NCBI RefSeq assembly: GCF_012272815.1
Contig: NZ_JAAWWL010000001.1
Location: forward strand, 1,301,146-1,365,145
Reading direction: 5' to 3'
DNA length: 64,000 nucleotides
From: Croceivirga thetidis
Lineage (GTDB): Bacteria; Bacteroidota; Bacteroidia; Flavobacteriales; Flavobacteriaceae
Shown here: piece after piece, positions 60,660-64,000 of the stretch
How the letters are laid out: every line of letters starts with the position of its first letter
Position numbering within the stretch: position 1 is the stretch's first letter
The notes under the pieces: model-generated
What the model was told of the DNA's origin: nothing
Databases searched by the model: none
Seen by the model: the letters and a program-made list of their open reading frames with translations, nothing else
Program-made: the position numbers and the translations under genes

Positions 60660-61979
60660 CTAGTTAGCGTTCGCAGTTTCAGGTAAATAATCAATTACTA
60701 CACGTTGGTTCTTACCAAGGTACTTTTTGGCAACTTCCATGATTTCCTCACGGGTAATTGATCGGTAAATATCAATTTCAGTGTTGATGAGGTTTGTGTC
60801 ACCATAAAGCATGTAGTTTCTTGCCAGTGAATTAGCAATTCCTTCAACACTTGAATTTGAATTCACAAAGTCGTTCTCCATCTTGTTTTGAAGCTTTTGA
60901 AAGTCATTTTCAGAAATGAGTTCATCTCTAACTTTTGCAACTTCTTCTTCCATTTCTGAAACTAAGGTTTCCAAAGATGTTTCACCAACCGGTAGGGCAA
61001 AAACCACATACATGCTGTAGTCTTCTTGGCCAATATTAAATGCGCCGACTTGCAGCGCCTGCTTTTGCTCGTCTACCATTTTTTTGTAAAGTTTTGAGCT
61101 TTTACCATCACTTAGGTACGTTGATATCAGATTCAATACATAAGAATCACGTTCTTTGAAACCTGGAGTTCGATAGGCTACTAATGAAGCAGGAATTTGA
61201 ATATTTGCGTCGTACTTAACTGCTTTTATTTCTTGTGTAATGGGCTCCTCTTTTGGATAGTTTCTTACAACTTCAGGCCCTCTTGGAATATCACCGAAAT
61301 AATCAGTTATCATACTCTTAGCGGTATCTGTTTTAAAATCACCGGCAACTACCAACACCGCGTTATTTGGGTTGTAATATTTTTTATTGTAAGCAATTAC
61401 ATCTTCAAGTGTGGCAGCATCCAAGTCTTTCATGTAACCAATATTTGGGTCTTTGTAAGGATGTACTTTAAAGAGGTTTTCTTGAATCGCAAACAAAAAT
61501 TGACCGTAGGGCGAATTATCATACCGTAGTCTTTTTTCCTCTTTTACCACTTCATTCTGTGTGTCAACGCCCTTTTGGTCGATTACGGGGTGAAGTAAAC
61601 GTTCTGATTCCATCCAAAGTCCTAATTGCAGATTATTTGACGGGAATGTTTCGTAATAATAAGTTCTGTCGTTGGTGGTGTTTGCGTTGTTGCGGCCTCC
61701 GTTAGCCGAAACGATTTCAAACCATTTACCCCTTTCAATGTTTTTGGTTCCTTCGAATAAAAGGTGTTCAAAGAAGTGGGCGAAACCAGTTCTACCTTCG
61801 GTACGGTCCTTACCACCAACGTGATACATTACTGAAGTTGTAACTACAGGGGCTGAATTGTCTTGGTGTAAAATTACGTGGAGACCGTTATCTAGGTCAT
61901 ACTCTTCAAATTTCACTTCTTGCGCCAGACATACATTAGCAACAAAAAAAAGTGAAACCAAATAGGAAATTTGCTTCAT
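60660..61979 (-). CDS. M16-family zinc peptidase (HxxEH)
   Basis: HFFEHLLFEGT zinc-binding motif. The ATG at 61979 (MKQISYLVSLFFVANVCLAQ signal) was preferred over the longer ORF that runs to 62066. Confidence 0.75.
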   Translation of the reverse strand: MKQISYLVSLFFVANVCLAQEVKFEEYDLDNGLHVILHQDNSAPVVTTSVMYHVGGKDRTEGRTGFAHFFEHLLFEGTKNIERGKWFEIVSANGGRNNANTTNDRTYYYETFPSNNLQLGLWMESERLLHPVIDQKGVDTQNEVVKEEKRLRYDNSPYGQFLFAIQENLFKVHPYKDPNIGYMKDLDAATLEDVIAYNKKYYNPNNAVLVVAGDFKTDTAKSMITDYFGDIPRGPEVVRNYPKEEPITQEIKAVKYDANIQIPASLVAYRTPGFKERDSYVLNLISTYLSDGKSSKLYKKMVDEQKQALQVGAFNIGQEDYSMYVVFALPVGETSLETLVSEMEEEVAKVRDELISENDFQKLQNKMENDFVNSNSSVEGIANSLARNYMLYGDTNLINTEIDIYRSITREEIMEVAKKYLGKNQRVVIDYLPETANAN

Positions 61980-62138
61980 TTTATAGTGTTTAATTTTAGT
62001 TTCAAAAGGGTTAGTAACATTTCTTTCAAATATGTTACAGCCATTGGTAAAAATACGATGCAACAAAACAATTTAGTAGTATTTAGAAAGAATTTATGAT
62101 GGTGATTTCGTATATTAAAGGGATAATCACCATTTAAA

Positions 62139-62585
62139 ATGAAAAACCTAACTCTTCCGGTCCGTTTTGGTTTGGTCACCGCAGCTGTATTGATTGCCTA
62201 TTTTCTGGTATTATCCTTGCTTGGTAAACACACCAATGTTTTTTTTAGTTTGCTCAATGGTTTGATTACTGGCTTCGGTATTTATGAAGTCATAAAAATA
62301 ATCAAGATGCGTGAGGGTGATAGTTTTAGCTATGGCAGTGGGTTTAAATCAGGTATTGTCACTGGGGCGGTCGCCACCATTGTATTCACATTCTTCTTCG
62401 CCGTTTATTCAACTGAGCTAAATCCTGAATTTTTGAATCAATTGTCTGAAATTTGGTCAAAAGATTATGCCAACTTTAAAGGAATCGTCTTTTTTACAGT
62501 AGCAATTATGGGCTTTGCAACAACCTTGGTTTTAACCTTGGCCTTTATGCAGTTATTTAAGTCTTCAAATAACCTTAAAAAATAA
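62139..62585 (+). CDS. DUF4199-family membrane protein
   Basis: Four TM helices, about 148 aa, N-terminal pattern PVRFGLVTAAVLIAYFLV typical of Bacteroidota DUF4199. Confidence 0.55.
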   Translation: MKNLTLPVRFGLVTAAVLIAYFLVLSLLGKHTNVFFSLLNGLITGFGIYEVIKIIKMREGDSFSYGSGFKSGIVTGAVATIVFTFFFAVYSTELNPEFLNQLSEIWSKDYANFKGIVFFTVAIMGFATTLVLTLAFMQLFKSSNNLKK

Positions 62586-62695
62586 TTTAAGGCTACGTAT
62601 TTTCTTCTTGTTAATTAGGGAATTAGCAGTATATTTGCAGCCCCAAAAGGCAAAAATGGCAATTTTGGGCAAATCAATTTAAATAGAACAAAGCT

Positions 62696-63265
62696 ATGTA
62701 CGCAATTGTAGAGATGGCAGGGCAGCAGTTTAAAGTTGCAAAAGACCAGAAAGTGTACGTTCACCGTTTGCAGGAAGAAGAAGGAAAGAAAGTTGTTTTT
62801 GACAAAGTACTTCTTTTGGATGATAACGGAAGCGTAACTGTCGGCGCCCCAGTCATAGAAGGTGCGGCTATAGAAGCCAAAATCGTAAAGCACCTTAAAG
62901 GCGATAAAGTAATCGTTTTTAAAAAGAAAAGAAGAAAAGGATACCGCAAGAAAAACGGTCACAGACAGTCTTTAACGGAAATTGTGGTTGAAGGTATTGT
63001 TGCAAAAGGCGCCAAAAAAGCGGCACCAGCTAAGAAAACTGCAAAACCAGCAGCCAAAAAAGAAGAGTCTCCAGTAGCAAAAACTACTGCACCGAAAAAG
63101 GCTGCTCCAAAGAAAGAAGCTGCACCAAAAAAGGCTCCTGCAAAAGCAACCGAAGATTTAAGTAAAAAAACAGTTGCTGAGTTGAAAGAAATGGCTAAAG
63201 CCGCTGGTGTTACTGGTATTTCATCAATGAAGAAAGCGGAGCTTATAGAAGCTTTGAATAAATAA
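62696..63265 (+). CDS. rplU: 50S ribosomal protein L21 with Lys/Ala-rich C-terminal extension
   Basis: [25 protein letters not shown] core, followed by [17 protein letters not shown]... and a C-terminal [14 protein letters not shown]. Confidence 0.9.
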   Translation: MYAIVEMAGQQFKVAKDQKVYVHRLQEEEGKKVVFDKVLLLDDNGSVTVGAPVIEGAAIEAKIVKHLKGDKVIVFKKKRRKGYRKKNGHRQSLTEIVVEGIVAKGAKKAAPAKKTAKPAAKKEESPVAKTTAPKKAAPKKEAAPKKAPAKATEDLSKKTVAELKEMAKAAGVTGISSMKKAELIEALNK

Positions 63266-63285
63266 AAAATTAAAACGAAAACATC

Positions 63286-63546
63286 ATGGCTCACAAGAAA
63301 GGTGTAGGTAGTTCAAAGAACGGTAGAGAATCAGAATCGAAACGCTTAGGCGTGAAAATTTTTGGTGGTCAAACAGCGATTGCTGGTAATATCATCGTAC
63401 GTCAACGTGGTACTAAGCACAATGCTGGTGATAACGTGTACGTAGGCAAAGACCATACGTTGCATGCAAAAGTTGATGGTACTGTAAAATTCGAAAAGAA
63501 ATCTGGAGGAAAGTCTTTTGTTTCAATTGAACCATTTGAAGCATAA
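63286..63546 (+). CDS. rpmA: 50S ribosomal protein L27
   Basis: [29 protein letters not shown], 86 aa. Confidence 0.95.
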   Translation: MAHKKGVGSSKNGRESESKRLGVKIFGGQTAIAGNIIVRQRGTKHNAGDNVYVGKDHTLHAKVDGTVKFEKKSGGKSFVSIEPFEA

Positions 63547-63571
63547 TAACTTAAATCCGAAATAAAATTGA

Positions 63572-63598
63572 AAGCCTCGTTTTGCGGGGCTTTTTTTA
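63572..63598 (+). terminator. rho-independent terminator after rpmA
   Basis: GCCTCG (63574-63579), TTTTG loop, CGGGGC (63585-63590) with one G-U pair, then TTTTTTT. Confidence 0.75.
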
Positions 63599-64000
63599 TT
63601 CTTCAAGAATATCTGCAATGATTTTTAAGTGGTGCTTGGTATGCACTTCTAAAAATCGCCTAGTTTGGTTGCGATTTAAATAATCGAATACGGGGTGTTT
63701 AAAATGGGCGTCAGCATTCAAATTTTCAAATGTCTTTAGGTTTTGTTTGGCATTTTTAAGTTGTAATCTTAAGCTATCCAAAAGTATAATCTCAGGTGGA
63801 GTTACACTCGTTGGCGCCTGGGCCGCACCTCTTGGGATATAGCCAGTAGTATGCACAAAAACCCTTTGGGTATTAAATGTCGCTGTATAATCCGATGGAT
63901 TTGAAATGGCCAAAGAATCTGAGATATTGTTGATGACCTTTAGCATATGGTCTAAATGCCAACCTACACCACTTTTTGAAATCTCTAGGTTTCTAATGTC
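63596..64000 (-). CDS. hypothetical protein (5' end probably outside window)
   Basis: The reading frame is open from 63596 to the window edge. An ATG at 63946 is present, but the frame continues upstream without a stop. No confident domain assignment. Confidence 0.3.
   Translation of the reverse strand, partial: DIRNLEISKSGVGWHLDHMLKVINNISDSLAISNPSDYTATFNTQRVFVHTTGYIPRGAAQAPTSVTPPEIILLDSLRLQLKNAKQNLKTFENLNADAHFKHPVFDYLNRNQTRRFLEVHTKHHLKIIADILEE

Overview
The window looks like Flavobacteriia (Bacteroidota) chromosome: AT-rich, with gldD/gldE gliding-motility genes, DUF4270 and DUF4199 proteins, a TonB-dependent receptor, and TTG...TAnnTTTG type promoters. It is gene-dense with about 60 CDS, and I found no rRNA, tRNA, CRISPR array or mobile-element gene. 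Most of it is housekeeping: radA, panCD, glmS, atpDC, a split biotin locus (bioF-bioD, bioA, bioB), xth, recX, rng, HU, mutY, ssb, gldE-gldD, an M16 peptidase pair and rplU-rpmA. The standout is a roughly 13.5 kb block of 13 consecutive genes, all on the minus strand (about 32765..46237), that reads as a complete neutral-lipid (triacylglycerol / wax ester) synthesis, storage and regulation module. Its parts are: gpsA; a single 1080-aa polypeptide fusing a PlsB-type GPAT, a HAD-IB phosphatase and a PlsC-type LPAAT (G3P to PA to DAG in one protein); two alpha/beta-hydrolase lipases; a WS/DGAT acyltransferase (HHxxxDG) with a C-terminal SCP2-like lipid-binding domain; an ABC1/UbiB atypical kinase; a TetR-like regulator; three paralogous phasin-like amphipathic proteins, one carrying a Lys/Ala-rich tail plus a helix-hairpin-helix (a PhaM/MLDS-like nucleoid-tether architecture); and a SARP/BTAD-family activator. 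The two phasin-like promoters carry an identical TTG(C/T)AAC-N4-TTGTAAC direct repeat with 11-bp periodicity overlapping the -33 region, followed at a fixed distance by TAnnTTTG, which is the classic SARP-box arrangement. Other points of note are an APH-kinase / class-III aminotransferase fusion, a PQQ beta-propeller dehydrogenase with an inserted CxxCH haem site, a KAS I/II-like condensing enzyme and a DUF2007/zinc-ribbon gene embedded in the biotin locus, a 13-14 bp perfect palindrome present twice, and many genes whose only plausible initiation codon is TTG or GTG.
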